Assembly (NCBI GenBank): GCA_963717505.1
Contig: OY970342.1
Coordinates: 2,240,001 to 2,304,000 of the forward strand
Length of the DNA stretch: 64,000 bases
Reading direction: 5' to 3'
Source: Candidatus Eiseniibacteriota bacterium
GTDB taxonomy: Bacteria > Eisenbacteria > RBG-16-71-46
The notes under the pieces are model-generated. The model searched no databases, was not told the DNA's origin, and worked only from the letters and a program-made list of their open reading frames with translations. Shown here one piece after another: positions 28,055-37,535 of the stretch. Positions within the stretch are counted from its first letter, which is position 1. Each line of letters begins with the position of its first letter. A program made the position numbers and the translations under genes.

Positions 28055-28636
28055 GTGGCCCTCGTCCTGGGTCTTGGCAATCCGGGCCGACGCTACGAGC
28101 GCACGCGACACAACGCGGGCTTCCGCGTGGTCGCTGAGCTGGCTCGGCGCTGGCCGGTTCGCGAGCTGCCGAAGCACGCCCGGTATCGGGCGTGGCACGC
28201 GGAGCCGCGCGAGCGGAGTGTCTACCTGATGACGCCGACCACCTACATGAACCTGAGCGGGGAAGCCCTGATGGACTGGCGGGCCGAGCATCCGGATACC
28301 GGCGAGCTGCTGGTGGTCGCGGACGACGTCTACCTGCCGGTCGGCACGCTGCGGATCCGCGAGCGCGGGTCGAGTGGAGGGCATCGTGGACTCGACAGCG
28401 TCGAGGCGGCGCTCGGGACCAAGGAGTACGCGCGGTTGCGCATCGGCGTCGGAGTAGCTTCGGGCGCCGAGCTGCGCGAGCACGTGTTGGATGAACCCGC
28501 GGCCGATGAAGCCGCGGCGTACGAAGAATCCATTGTCGCCGCGGCTGACGCGATCGAGTGCTGGCTGAGCGACGGGCTGACGGCGGCCATGAACCGCTAC
28601 AACAAGCGAGTACGCAAGGAGGTCAACGAACCGTGA
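28055..28636 (+). CDS. pth: Peptidyl-tRNA hydrolase
   Basis: GLGNPG..TRHNAGF, TYMNLSG, GSSGGHRG, RLRIGV. Confidence 0.97.
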   Translation: MALVLGLGNPGRRYERTRHNAGFRVVAELARRWPVRELPKHARYRAWHAEPRERSVYLMTPTTYMNLSGEALMDWRAEHPDTGELLVVADDVYLPVGTLRIRERGSSGGHRGLDSVEAALGTKEYARLRIGVGVASGAELREHVLDEPAADEAAAYEESIVAAADAIECWLSDGLTAAMNRYNKRVRKEVNEP

Positions 28637-28983
28637 CCAAGTACGAAACCACCTTCATCCTGGAGCCCGGCTTCGACGAGAACCGGGTGAACGCGGAGGT
28701 CGACAAGCTGTCGCAATGGGTCAAGGACCTCGGCGGCGAAGTGCTCGAAGTCCAGCGCTGGGGCAAGCGGCGCATGTCCTACGAGATCCGCAAGAAGCGC
28801 GACGGCGTGTACACCTGGGTCCTGTGGAACGGGAGCGCCGACATGGTCAAGGACCTGGAGCGCCGGTTGCGGCTCAACGAGTCGGTGATGCGTCTGCTGA
28901 CCGTCATGCACGTGGCGCCGGAGCTGACTCGGGGCAATGCCGAGGCCGCCTTGGCGGCCGCAGAGGCGGACGGCGACGACTGA
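28633..28983 (+). CDS. rpsF: 30S ribosomal protein S6
   Basis: KYETTFIL, WGKRRMSYEI, LNESVMR. Confidence 0.96.
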   Translation: MTKYETTFILEPGFDENRVNAEVDKLSQWVKDLGGEVLEVQRWGKRRMSYEIRKKRDGVYTWVLWNGSADMVKDLERRLRLNESVMRLLTVMHVAPELTRGNAEAALAAAEADGDD

Positions 28984-28995
28984 TCCGAGTCGAGC

Positions 28996-29376
28996 GTGAC
29001 CGAGCTCAAGCTGCCGGAGATCAACCGCGTCCTGCTCAGCGGGCGCCTGACGCGCGACCCGGATCACCGGTACGCGGCCGATGGCACCGAGATCACGGCG
29101 CTGGCGATCGCGTTCCACCGGCACTACCGGGGGCGCGACGGCAAGCTGGCGGAGCACACGGGCTACGTGACGGTGATGACGTATCAACGACTCGCGCAGG
29201 TGTGTGCGCAGTATCTGAAGAAGGGCAGCGCGGTCCTGGTCGAGGGCCGGTTGCAGATGCGGGAATCCCCGGCTCCACAGGGGGGAACGCGGCAGCGGAT
29301 CGAGGTGCGCGGCGAATCCGTGCACTTCCTCGAGAAACTGCCGCCCGCGCCCAAAGACGAAGGCTCGCTGTTCTGA
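28996..29376 (+). CDS. ssb: Single-stranded DNA-binding protein (short)
   Basis: NRVLLSGRLTRDP, YLKKGSAVLVEGRL; between rpsF and rpsR. Confidence 0.9.
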   Translation: MTELKLPEINRVLLSGRLTRDPDHRYAADGTEITALAIAFHRHYRGRDGKLAEHTGYVTVMTYQRLAQVCAQYLKKGSAVLVEGRLQMRESPAPQGGTRQRIEVRGESVHFLEKLPPAPKDEGSLF

Positions 29377-29407
29377 AGGACCCTAGACGGAGGTGAAACG
29401 CACCACC

Positions 29408-29650
29408 ATGGCCAGAGATCGAGAAGCACGAGGACTGAAGAAGAAGTACTGCAAGCTGTGCCTGGAGAAGGTCGGATTCGTCGACTACAAGGATGAGAAG
29501 CGGCTCGGACGGTTCGTGAACGACCGCGGCAAGATCGTGCCGCGCCGGGTCTCGGGAACCTGCGCCCGCCACCAGAAGCAGCTGACCACCGCGATCAAGC
29601 GCGCGCGCGTGCTCGCGCTGATGCCGTTTACGAGTGACGTCTACCGCTGA
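29408..29650 (+). CDS. rpsR: 30S ribosomal protein S18
   Basis: [22 protein letters not shown]. Confidence 0.97.
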   Translation: MARDREARGLKKKYCKLCLEKVGFVDYKDEKRLGRFVNDRGKIVPRRVSGTCARHQKQLTTAIKRARVLALMPFTSDVYR

Positions 29651-30620
29651 ACCTCTGCGCCCTGCGACCCACACGTCGTGGCGGCGCGCGATCCTGCTGA
29701 TCGCACTGCTCGGGCTGTTCGCAGTCCAGTCGCCGATGCCGTGGGGCGGACTGTGGCTGCTGGTCCCGGCGGCGGTGGCAGTGTCGCTGCTGGCCGGTTG
29801 GCGCTTCGGCGCCTGGGGCGTGCTGGTTCCGGTCGTGATGTTCGGGGTCGCGATGGCGGCCGCCGGCCCGCAAAGTCTGTGGGCGTGGTGGGTGCCGGTC
29901 GCGGCGCTGACCGGGGCCTGGATGGGGCTGCGCGAGGAGTCGGAGGGTGGCTTCGCCGGCCGGCGCGCGGCGGCTCTGCTGCCGTTGCTCGTGCTCGCGG
30001 CCGGCCTGCCGTGGATGCTCCAGTATCCGGACCTGCTGAGCCACATGGAAACCCGGCTGCGCGACGGCGACCGTCAGTTCATCGCCATGTGGTCCGAGAT
30101 GGGGACCGCCGGCGAGCGTCTGGCCAGCATGCAGCGCGTGGTCGAAGACAACGCCAAGCTGCGTGCGCGCGCGCTGCCCTACCTGGTGCCGAGCCTGATC
30201 TTCCTGTGGGTCGCGGTCCTGGTCGCGGCCGGGCGGGCGATCGCGTCGCGCTGCGCGGGAATCCTGCGCTGGCCGGCGCTGGCCCGGGCGGCGTTCGCGC
30301 GCTGGCGTTTGCCGGACGGCGCCCTGGCGCTGTTCCTGGTCGGGCTGGGCGCGGTCGTCCTCGAGTGGCGCGCCGGGCTGCCGGCGGCGTGGACACTGCT
30401 GATCAACACCGGGCTCGGTTATTGTATCCAGGGAATTGCGGTCGTAGAATCCCTGTTGCTCGCACGAGGTGTGCCTCCCTCCATCATCGTCGTCACCATG
30501 GTGTTCGTGTTCGCGCTCGCGATGCCGGTCTTTCTGCTCATGACCGTGGCCGTCGGACTGAGCGACGTATGGCTGGACTATCGGCGCCTGGAAGCAACGC
30601 CGGACCAGGACTCAACCTAG
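29634..30620 (+). CDS. DUF2232 (YybS-like) membrane protein
   Basis: Multi-[26 protein letters not shown]; conserved position between rpsR and rplI. Confidence 0.85.
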   Translation: MTSTAEPLRPATHTSWRRAILLIALLGLFAVQSPMPWGGLWLLVPAAVAVSLLAGWRFGAWGVLVPVVMFGVAMAAAGPQSLWAWWVPVAALTGAWMGLREESEGGFAGRRAAALLPLLVLAAGLPWMLQYPDLLSHMETRLRDGDRQFIAMWSEMGTAGERLASMQRVVEDNAKLRARALPYLVPSLIFLWVAVLVAAGRAIASRCAGILRWPALARAAFARWRLPDGALALFLVGLGAVVLEWRAGLPAAWTLLINTGLGYCIQGIAVVESLLLARGVPPSIIVVTMVFVFALAMPVFLLMTVAVGLSDVWLDYRRLEATPDQDST

Positions 30621-30630
30621 GAGCGATTGC

Positions 30631-31074
30631 ATGCAAGTGATTCTGCTCGAAGATCTGAAGGGTGTGGGCGACAAGGGGGCGACGATCAACGTCAAGCCCG
30701 GTTTCGCCCGGAACTACCTGTTGCCGCGCAAGCTGGCGATTTCGGCCGGCACCAAGGCGGCCGGGCTCTACCAGGAGCTGGAACGCCAGCGCGAGATGCG
30801 CGCCCAGAAGCTGGTGGCTCAGGCGCGGATCGAAGCCGCCAAGCTGGACGGCGTCGAGATCAACATTCCGGCGCAGGCGAACGAAGAAGACACTTTGTTC
30901 GGCTCGGTGACCAACGCCGACGTGGCCGACGCCCTGGCCAAGGCCGGCCACACGGTCGACAAGCGCGCAATCGATCTGGAAGACCACATCAAGCAGCTCG
31001 GCAAGTACGACCTCCCGGTTCGCTTCCACGGCGGAGTGACCGCAACCGTCAAGGTCTGGGTGGTCCGCGCATGA
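30631..31074 (+). CDS. rplI: 50S ribosomal protein L9
   Basis: VILLED, VKPGFARNYLLP, LFGSVT, IKQLG. Confidence 0.97.
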   Translation: MQVILLEDLKGVGDKGATINVKPGFARNYLLPRKLAISAGTKAAGLYQELERQREMRAQKLVAQARIEAAKLDGVEINIPAQANEEDTLFGSVTNADVADALAKAGHTVDKRAIDLEDHIKQLGKYDLPVRFHGGVTATVKVWVVRA

Positions 31075-32405
31075 GCCGGCGGTCGTGGTTCGAACGGGGC
31101 GTGGTGGCAGCACTCGCGCTCGGATGCGTCCTCGCGCTCGCGGCCGTCGATCCGGCGGCGGCGCAGAAGTCGTCCGGTAAGGCCACCCAGAAGACCGCGA
31201 AGAAGTCGTCGCGTTCGGCCAAGACGCCAGCGATCGACGACTCGAATCGCGTGCTGGTCACCGTCGGCAAGGAGTCGATCACGCGGGGCGACGTCCAGCG
31301 TCGAATCGACCAGCTTCCCGATCAGTACCGCGCCAACTACTCAACGCCTGATGGCCGCAAGCAGATCCTCGACCGCATGATCGAGGAGCGGGTGTGGATG
31401 CAGATGGCGACCAAGGCCGGCGTGCCCGCTCGGCCGGCGATCCAGCAGCAACTCGATCAGCAGCGCCGCGACCTGATCATCCGCACGCACTTGAACGAGG
31501 TCATGGCCACGAGTCCGGCGGCGTCGGACTCCGAGGCGCACGCCTACTACGACGCCCACATCGAGGAGTACCGCGTTCCGGCGACCGTCAGTCTGCGTCA
31601 CATCCTGACCAAGAAGGAGAAGGATGCGAATTCGGCGCTGAAGGCGGTGAAGGGCAAGAACGCCGACTGGGACAAGCTGGTCACCAAGTGGTCGGTGGAC
31701 ACGCTCACCCGTGCCAACGGCGGCAACCTGGGCACCGTGACCCTCGAGGGGCAGTTCTCGGGCATGGGCGCCCAGCCGGCGCTCGCCGAGTCCGCGTTCA
31801 AGATCCCGGCCGGCGGCATCGGCGGGCCGTTCCAGACCGATCGCGGCTGGCACGTGATCAAGGTCGACGCGGTCAAGGAAGAGTCGGTCCGTCCGTTCGA
31901 GCAGGTACGCGCGGTGATCAACCGCCAGCTCAACTCGCAGCGCCAGCAGAGCTACTACCAGGAGGTGCTGCAGGAGTCGAAGGACGCGGTCAAGGTCAAG
32001 CCCGATTCCGCCGCCGTCGAGAACTTTGTGTCGCAGAAGAAGACGCCGCGCGAGCAGTTCAACGAGGCGCAGACGCTGCCGAGCCCGCAGGCGCGGCTCG
32101 AGGCTTATCGCAAGCTGCTCGAGGAGCACCCGGACAGCGACGTCGCGCCACAGGCCCAGTTCATGATCGGATTCATCTACTCCGAAGAACTCAAGGACCA
32201 CGACGCCGCCGAGCAGTCGTTTCGCGAGCTGCTGCGGCGTTGGCCTCAGGCGGAGCTGGCGACCTCGGCGCAGTGGATGATCGACCACATGCGCAGCGAG
32301 GAGCCGCCGGCGTTCATCCCGCTCGAAGGGGACGCCCCGTCCGACACCACCGGCGGATCGTCTCGTTCGTCCGGACAGACTCCGGCCGCCACGGGGAAGC
32401 CGTGA
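31071..32405 (+). CDS. Parvulin PPIase (SurA/PrsA-like) with C-terminal TPR
   Basis: Signal peptide, RHIL, GGNLG, GWHVIK, AQFMIGFIYSE. Confidence 0.88.
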   Translation: MSRRSWFERGVVAALALGCVLALAAVDPAAAQKSSGKATQKTAKKSSRSAKTPAIDDSNRVLVTVGKESITRGDVQRRIDQLPDQYRANYSTPDGRKQILDRMIEERVWMQMATKAGVPARPAIQQQLDQQRRDLIIRTHLNEVMATSPAASDSEAHAYYDAHIEEYRVPATVSLRHILTKKEKDANSALKAVKGKNADWDKLVTKWSVDTLTRANGGNLGTVTLEGQFSGMGAQPALAESAFKIPAGGIGGPFQTDRGWHVIKVDAVKEESVRPFEQVRAVINRQLNSQRQQSYYQEVLQESKDAVKVKPDSAAVENFVSQKKTPREQFNEAQTLPSPQARLEAYRKLLEEHPDSDVAPQAQFMIGFIYSEELKDHDAAEQSFRELLRRWPQAELATSAQWMIDHMRSEEPPAFIPLEGDAPSDTTGGSSRSSGQTPAATGKP

Positions 32406-32929
32406 GCGTTCTCGAGGTCAAGGTTCACGGCCTGATCCTCGAGCGCAAGACGCAACAGAACATCGTCATCCTGCGCGAGGCCGAGGGCGAGCGCATCCTG
32501 CCGATCTGGATCGGACCGGGCGAGGCCCAGGCGATCCGGCGCCTGCTCTCCGACGAATCCTTCCCCCGGCCGCTGACCCACGACCTGCTGTTCCACGTGG
32601 TCGAGGGGCTCAAGGCCAAGATCGCGCGCATCGTGATTGCCGACCTCAAGGACAACACGTTCTTCGCGAGCATCATCATCGAGCGAGACGGCGAAGTGCT
32701 GTCGATCGACGCCCGGCCGTCGGACTCGATCGCGCTCGCACTGCGCGCGAAGGTGCCGGTTTTCGCCAACGAATCCCTGCTCCAGCAGCCGCCGCGCGAG
32801 GCCGAAACCGAAGCAGGGGAGGATCCCGGCGAGCCCGAGCGGGAGCTTTCCGACGAGGAAAAGGCCGAGCAACTCCGGCGTTTCCTCGAAAAGCTCAATC
32901 CCGAGGACTTCGGCAAATTCCAGCTGTGA
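32402..32929 (+). CDS. Bifunctional nuclease family protein (DUF151)
   Basis: LPIWIG..EAQAI, RPLTHDL, DARPSDSIALA. Confidence 0.93.
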   Translation: MSVLEVKVHGLILERKTQQNIVILREAEGERILPIWIGPGEAQAIRRLLSDESFPRPLTHDLLFHVVEGLKAKIARIVIADLKDNTFFASIIIERDGEVLSIDARPSDSIALALRAKVPVFANESLLQQPPREAETEAGEDPGEPERELSDEEKAEQLRRFLEKLNPEDFGKFQL

Positions 32930-32940
32930 GGAGACCCGCG

Positions 32941-34356
32941 ATGAAGGCGACGACGGCGATCGTGGCAGCGCTGTGCCTAGTGACCACCCCGGCCGCCGCC
33001 GCCCCGCTCGCACTGACCCAGAACCTGCGCAACGCCGAGGCCTGGGCGGCGCAGCCGCCGAGCGCCGAGCGCGACAAGGTGCTCAAGAAGTGGGCGGATG
33101 GTGCTGCGCTCGAGGAGCTGGTCTACGTGCTGCGGCGCGACTCGCGGTCGCTGGGGAGCATCGAGGCCCACCTGCTCGAGCGTGCGCTCGAGCGCACCCC
33201 GCCCGAGCGCGCCGCGCTGCGCCGGCGCCTGACGGTGCGGCTCGCGGCCGCCGATCCGGCGCGCGCCAAGAAGCGCGTGCCCCTGCTCACCGAAGCCCTG
33301 GCCGACCCGCCGCCCGCGGCGGCGACCTCCTCGGTCTACCGCGCCGGCCTGCTGGCGCCCAGGAGCGGCGGCTACTCCGGGTACACCGACGACCTGCGCC
33401 TCGGCCTCGAAGCCGGGCTCGCGGTCAGCGATTCCAACCTGGTCCCGATCGAGCTCTTGTCGTGGGACACCGGCGACGCGAACCCGCCGCGCGCAGCGGC
33501 CGCCCTCGATTCGGCGGCGCGCGCCTGCGGCATCGTAGTCGGCGAGCTGCTGAGCGAGACCACGTTGATGATCGCCACCGGCGCGCGCCTCGCGGGCGTG
33601 CCGATGATCTCGCCGATCGCCACCGACGAGGCGATTGGCAGTGTCGGCGGCTCGGTGTTCGCGATCGGGCCGGCGAGTTACGAGCGCGGCCGCGCCCTGG
33701 CCCAGGCGATCGGTGTTTCCGGCATGCGGGTCGGCGCCCTGGTGTCGCGCGAGGCGTCACTCGGCCTGATGCGCGGATTCCTCGAGGCAGCGAAAGAACA
33801 GGGCGCAACCATCGCCTACGAAGGGCTCTATGCCGCGGGCCAGAGTTCGTTCCGCGGCGAGGCTCGAGATCTCGAAGCCAGGAAGGTGACGCTCCTGTTC
33901 TGGGACGGCGAACCCGCCGAAGCCGAAGCCCTGCTACGCCAGCTCGGTCGCGACCGCCTGGCCATCGCGGTGTGCGGCGGCTCGGCGTTGTCGCCGGGCC
34001 AGTTCCACGCCGAGGGCCGCTTCCTGCTCGAAGGCGTGCGTTACGTGGCCGACGACTGGACGCTGCCGCCCGCCGAGAAGTCGCGGCTCGACGCGTTCGT
34101 CGGTGCCCGGTCCGAGCGTGCGGCCGGCGCGCTCCACGTGCGCGGCTATCTCGCCGGCAGGATGATCTCCAGCGCCGTGCGAAATGGTGCATTGTGTACT
34201 GAAGAAATCGCGGCTCAGCTCAACCGCTTGCGCAAGCCCCACGCGCTGCTCGGGCCGCGCGGTTTTCTCGATCCGGGAATCGCGGGCCTCGAGTTGCCGG
34301 TGTTCACCGTGCGGCGCGGCATGGCGGTGGCCGGCGACGCCGGAAGCGCGCCCTAG
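32941..34356 (+). CDS. Exported protein with type I periplasmic-binding fold (LppC/LpoA- or LivK-like)
   Basis: Signal peptide; GLLAPRSG, DT, IVVGELLS, PMISP pattern. Confidence 0.7.
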   Translation: MKATTAIVAALCLVTTPAAAAPLALTQNLRNAEAWAAQPPSAERDKVLKKWADGAALEELVYVLRRDSRSLGSIEAHLLERALERTPPERAALRRRLTVRLAAADPARAKKRVPLLTEALADPPPAAATSSVYRAGLLAPRSGGYSGYTDDLRLGLEAGLAVSDSNLVPIELLSWDTGDANPPRAAAALDSAARACGIVVGELLSETTLMIATGARLAGVPMISPIATDEAIGSVGGSVFAIGPASYERGRALAQAIGVSGMRVGALVSREASLGLMRGFLEAAKEQGATIAYEGLYAAGQSSFRGEARDLEARKVTLLFWDGEPAEAEALLRQLGRDRLAIAVCGGSALSPGQFHAEGRFLLEGVRYVADDWTLPPAEKSRLDAFVGARSERAAGALHVRGYLAGRMISSAVRNGALCTEEIAAQLNRLRKPHALLGPRGFLDPGIAGLELPVFTVRRGMAVAGDAGSAP

Positions 34357-34378
34357 ACCGTTTCGAGCCGAACGCGAC

Positions 34379-35074
34379 TCAGTAGATTCGGAACGAGAAC
34401 CGGAACATCGCGTAGACCGACTGCGCCTCGCCGGTTTCGCGATAGGGTTTGAAGCGGCACTTCCACACCGCCTCGACCGCCGCCTGCTCGAGCAGCCCGG
34501 CCGGATCCGACCCCATCACCTGAACCCGGGCGATCGCGCCCAGGGTGTCGACCAGCGCCAGCACCGCGACCTTGCCTTCGATCTCCTTGGCGCGCGCCTC
34601 CTCGGGATAATCCGGCCGAACCAAGATCTCGATGATCAGGTCCTTGGACTGGACCAGCGGCACGTTTTCGCGAGCCGCGAGCATGCGCGCCAGGCGATCG
34701 ACGTCGGCCTCGCCTTCGATCGAGCGCGTCGGGCGGCTGACCGGCGGCGCATGGGGATGGTCGGTGCGTCGAGCCTTGGTAGTTCCGCCGCGGCGGGTCG
34801 CCGGCAGGTAGACGGCCTGAAGGCCCTCGTCGTCCGAGACGATACCCGGCGCCGCCTTGAGCTCGATCCGCTTCACGAAGTTTTCCTCGCCCTCGTAGCC
34901 GAATCGCAGGATCGGGGTCTCGCGAAACAGTTGCTCGGTCGCCGTGCTCGAGGTCAGGAACGGGAGGTAGCTGAGGATGGCGATCCCGAGGATCGACAGC
35001 ACGACGGCAATCGAGATCACGCGACGCGAGCAACGCGATCGTTCGATGAAATAACCGTGAGTCCCGTGCTCCAT
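34379..35074 (-). CDS. TonB family energy transducer
   Basis: N-terminal TM; PDYPEEAR..IEGKV..LEQAAVEAV..RFKP. Confidence 0.88.
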   Translation of the reverse strand: MEHGTHGYFIERSRCSRRVISIAVVLSILGIAILSYLPFLTSSTATEQLFRETPILRFGYEGEENFVKRIELKAAPGIVSDDEGLQAVYLPATRRGGTTKARRTDHPHAPPVSRPTRSIEGEADVDRLARMLAARENVPLVQSKDLIIEILVRPDYPEEARAKEIEGKVAVLALVDTLGAIARVQVMGSDPAGLLEQAAVEAVWKCRFKPYRETGEAQSVYAMFRFSFRIY

Positions 35075-35131
35075 GTCGGCGCCTCCGGGGCACCCGAGCG
35101 TCGCGGGCCACAGGGTCCGCGCGCGGCCCGA

Positions 35132-37435
35132 TCAGGGTCCCCGAGACCCGGTCAACACCATGCCGTGCTCGGAGTCTAGCAGAGAGCGGCGAACGCGGAG
35201 TTCGCGATGACGCGCGTCGACGTCGAGCGGGCCGGGCTCGGTGCGCGCGAAGCGTACGCGGCCGAGTGGGTCGGCTTCGAGCTGGATGGCGTTGCCCAGC
35301 CGAACGGCGGCGCCGGGCAGAGGTGCGCCGGACTCGTCCCGAATCTCGACCGAGTCCACCGGCGCCCGCAGATCGGGCGCCCATTCGAGCGCCAGGGCCA
35401 GGTAGAGCGCGTACGCGGAACGGCTCACCGCCCCGGGCTCGAGCAGACGCGCCTCGGAGGCCGGATCGTCGATGCGCGCCAGGCCCGCATAGAGCGCCGG
35501 GCAGGACGTCTGCTGGAGTGGGTACTGGGCGTTCTCGGCGAGCGGTGGTACCGGCAGGCCCAGGCTCGAGCACGCGGCCGCTACGCGACCGGCCCACGCT
35601 CTTCCGGCGCCACTCGCGAAGTAGTGGCCGATCTGGGGCGGCTCGCGCCGGTGGCCGATTCTCAGGAAGCGATCGGCGTTGAACGCCTCGCTGATCTGGA
35701 CGCGCGCCAGCTCCGAGAGTGCCGCGTCCGAGTCCCGGGTCAGCCGCACCCGGGCGCCCGCGGCTTCGAGCATGGCGGCGAGCGAGCGAGCGACGTCGAG
35801 ATTCAGCACCGCGGCACGGGTGCCGCCGGCCCCCATGCCGCCCGAGTTGTCGCCGCCGCCATCGGGGTCGAGCACGATGCGCCGGCCGTGGAGTGCCCCG
35901 CCCGCGATCGGCGTGAAGGCCGGCGGAACGCAGTCTGCCCACCAGCGGTGGCCGGGTAGCGACGGGATGACGTCGTTCGAATCGTCGAAGACGAGTGCGG
36001 CGAAGCCGTCGCGGTTGATCCACGCGAGTGCTGCCTCGGGCTCGTCGGTGCCCGGGGCGCCAGTGAGCGGAACCGATTCGGGCATGCGCATGACGAATCC
36101 GGTCCAAAGCGTACCGTCGCGCGACACTCGGATCGAGTCTGCGACGGTTGGGGCGGAGGTCAGGGCCGCGCGCAGGCGAAGCGCCGGATCGTTGGCGGCG
36201 GCCGCCGGTACGCGCACGTACGCCCATGCGACTCCGTCGCGGGCGGTGAGCACGGTGTCGGCCAGCACGCGCTTGCCGATCGTGGCGACCGCGCGCACGC
36301 GAGTCGTGTCGCGATAGGTCCCGCCGGCCGCGTCGAGCACCTGCGCGCGCACGCCCAGAATTCCGCCGGTGGCCGCAGCGCGATCCGGGCGCGCGGTCAG
36401 CGACAAGGCCGACGCCGGGCGCGCGATGTGAAACTGCAGAATCTGATCGCGCGCAGCGCCGACGCCGGTGCGGCGCACGCGCAGGCGCGCACGATGTCTC
36501 CCGGAGTCGAGTGGCTCGCCCGGCGTCCACTCGAGCCACGGACCGCGACGGATCGCCGGGACCGCGACGCCGTCGACCGCTAGCTCCGCGCGGTCCCACG
36601 CGCCGTCGATCCGGGCTCTCACGCTCGGGCCATCGGCGAACACGGTGTCGATGGCGCCCGAGCGCGGATCGTGTGCGGCGAACGCGGACACCGTCGGGAT
36701 CGGCCGCGAGAAGTAGCGCGCGATGCCCAGGTAGAGGGCTTGGGCTTCGATGGCTTGCTTCTCGGGGAGCCGCAGCCGGGCTTCGACCGGCGGGTAGGTG
36801 ATGTAGCTGGTCTCGGTCAGGATCGCGGGTGCCTCGCTGTTGCGCAGTACGTGGTAGTTGCCCGGGAACACGTTCTGGACGTCGATGCCGACGTTGCGCA
36901 CCAGCGCGCGGTGGACGTCCTGGGCGACGTCGAGCGAGGCGCCCTCGTCGCCGAGCTTGTAGTAGGTCTGGGTCTCGTTGACGTCGTGCCGGCCACCCGC
37001 GTCGGCGTTGTGGTGGACCGAGATGAACAGGTCGGCGCCGAACTCGTTGGCCATGCGTGCACGCTCGGAGAGATCGCCGCGCAGCGTGCTGTCCTCGGGA
37101 GTGAGGAAGTCGCGATCGGTGTCGCGGGTTATGAGGACCAGGGCGCCGCGCGCGACCAGCAGGTGGTGCAGCTCGAGCGAAACGCCGAGGTTGACGTCGG
37201 CTTCGGCCAGGCCTTTGACACCCATCGAGCCGCGGAAGCGCCCGCCGTGCCCGGGGTCGATCACGATGCGCCGGCCGGCGAGTCCGGCACCGTCGACCGC
37301 GGAGAGCGAGTCGCGCATGGCGTCGTAGCCGGGACGCGGGCCCTTGACCGCCGGGGCGCAACCGGCGGCGAGCAGGAGGGTGGCGGCAGTGAGAACCCCA
37401 AGGCCGCGAATCCGTTCGCTCACCTTTCGATTCAT
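35132..37435 (-). CDS. N-acetylmuramoyl-L-alanine amidase lipoprotein with a second, degenerate amidase domain
   Basis: Lipobox AAGC; IDPGHGG, EADVNL, FISVHHN, ILTE; repeat domain LDPDGGG. Confidence 0.88.
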   Translation of the reverse strand: MNRKVSERIRGLGVLTAATLLLAAGCAPAVKGPRPGYDAMRDSLSAVDGAGLAGRRIVIDPGHGGRFRGSMGVKGLAEADVNLGVSLELHHLLVARGALVLITRDTDRDFLTPEDSTLRGDLSERARMANEFGADLFISVHHNADAGGRHDVNETQTYYKLGDEGASLDVAQDVHRALVRNVGIDVQNVFPGNYHVLRNSEAPAILTETSYITYPPVEARLRLPEKQAIEAQALYLGIARYFSRPIPTVSAFAAHDPRSGAIDTVFADGPSVRARIDGAWDRAELAVDGVAVPAIRRGPWLEWTPGEPLDSGRHRARLRVRRTGVGAARDQILQFHIARPASALSLTARPDRAAATGGILGVRAQVLDAAGGTYRDTTRVRAVATIGKRVLADTVLTARDGVAWAYVRVPAAAANDPALRLRAALTSAPTVADSIRVSRDGTLWTGFVMRMPESVPLTGAPGTDEPEAALAWINRDGFAALVFDDSNDVIPSLPGHRWWADCVPPAFTPIAGGALHGRRIVLDPDGGGDNSGGMGAGGTRAAVLNLDVARSLAAMLEAAGARVRLTRDSDAALSELARVQISEAFNADRFLRIGHRREPPQIGHYFASGAGRAWAGRVAAACSSLGLPVPPLAENAQYPLQQTSCPALYAGLARIDDPASEARLLEPGAVSRSAYALYLALALEWAPDLRAPVDSVEIRDESGAPLPGAAVRLGNAIQLEADPLGRVRFARTEPGPLDVDARHRELRVRRSLLDSEHGMVLTGSRGP

Positions 37436-37535
37436 GGCGGGCAACCTAGCACAGTGGTTTTGCCAGCCCCAGGTAAGGGTTTCCATGCGCCGGTGCTAAG
37501 ATTGCCTCGGTACCGCCCGAACGCGGAGGTTTGCG

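Noticed and set aside
34353-37361. 1002-aa minus-strand ORF
   Set aside because: Arg/Pro-rich alternate frame overlapping the amidase and TonB genes; typical high-GC artefact
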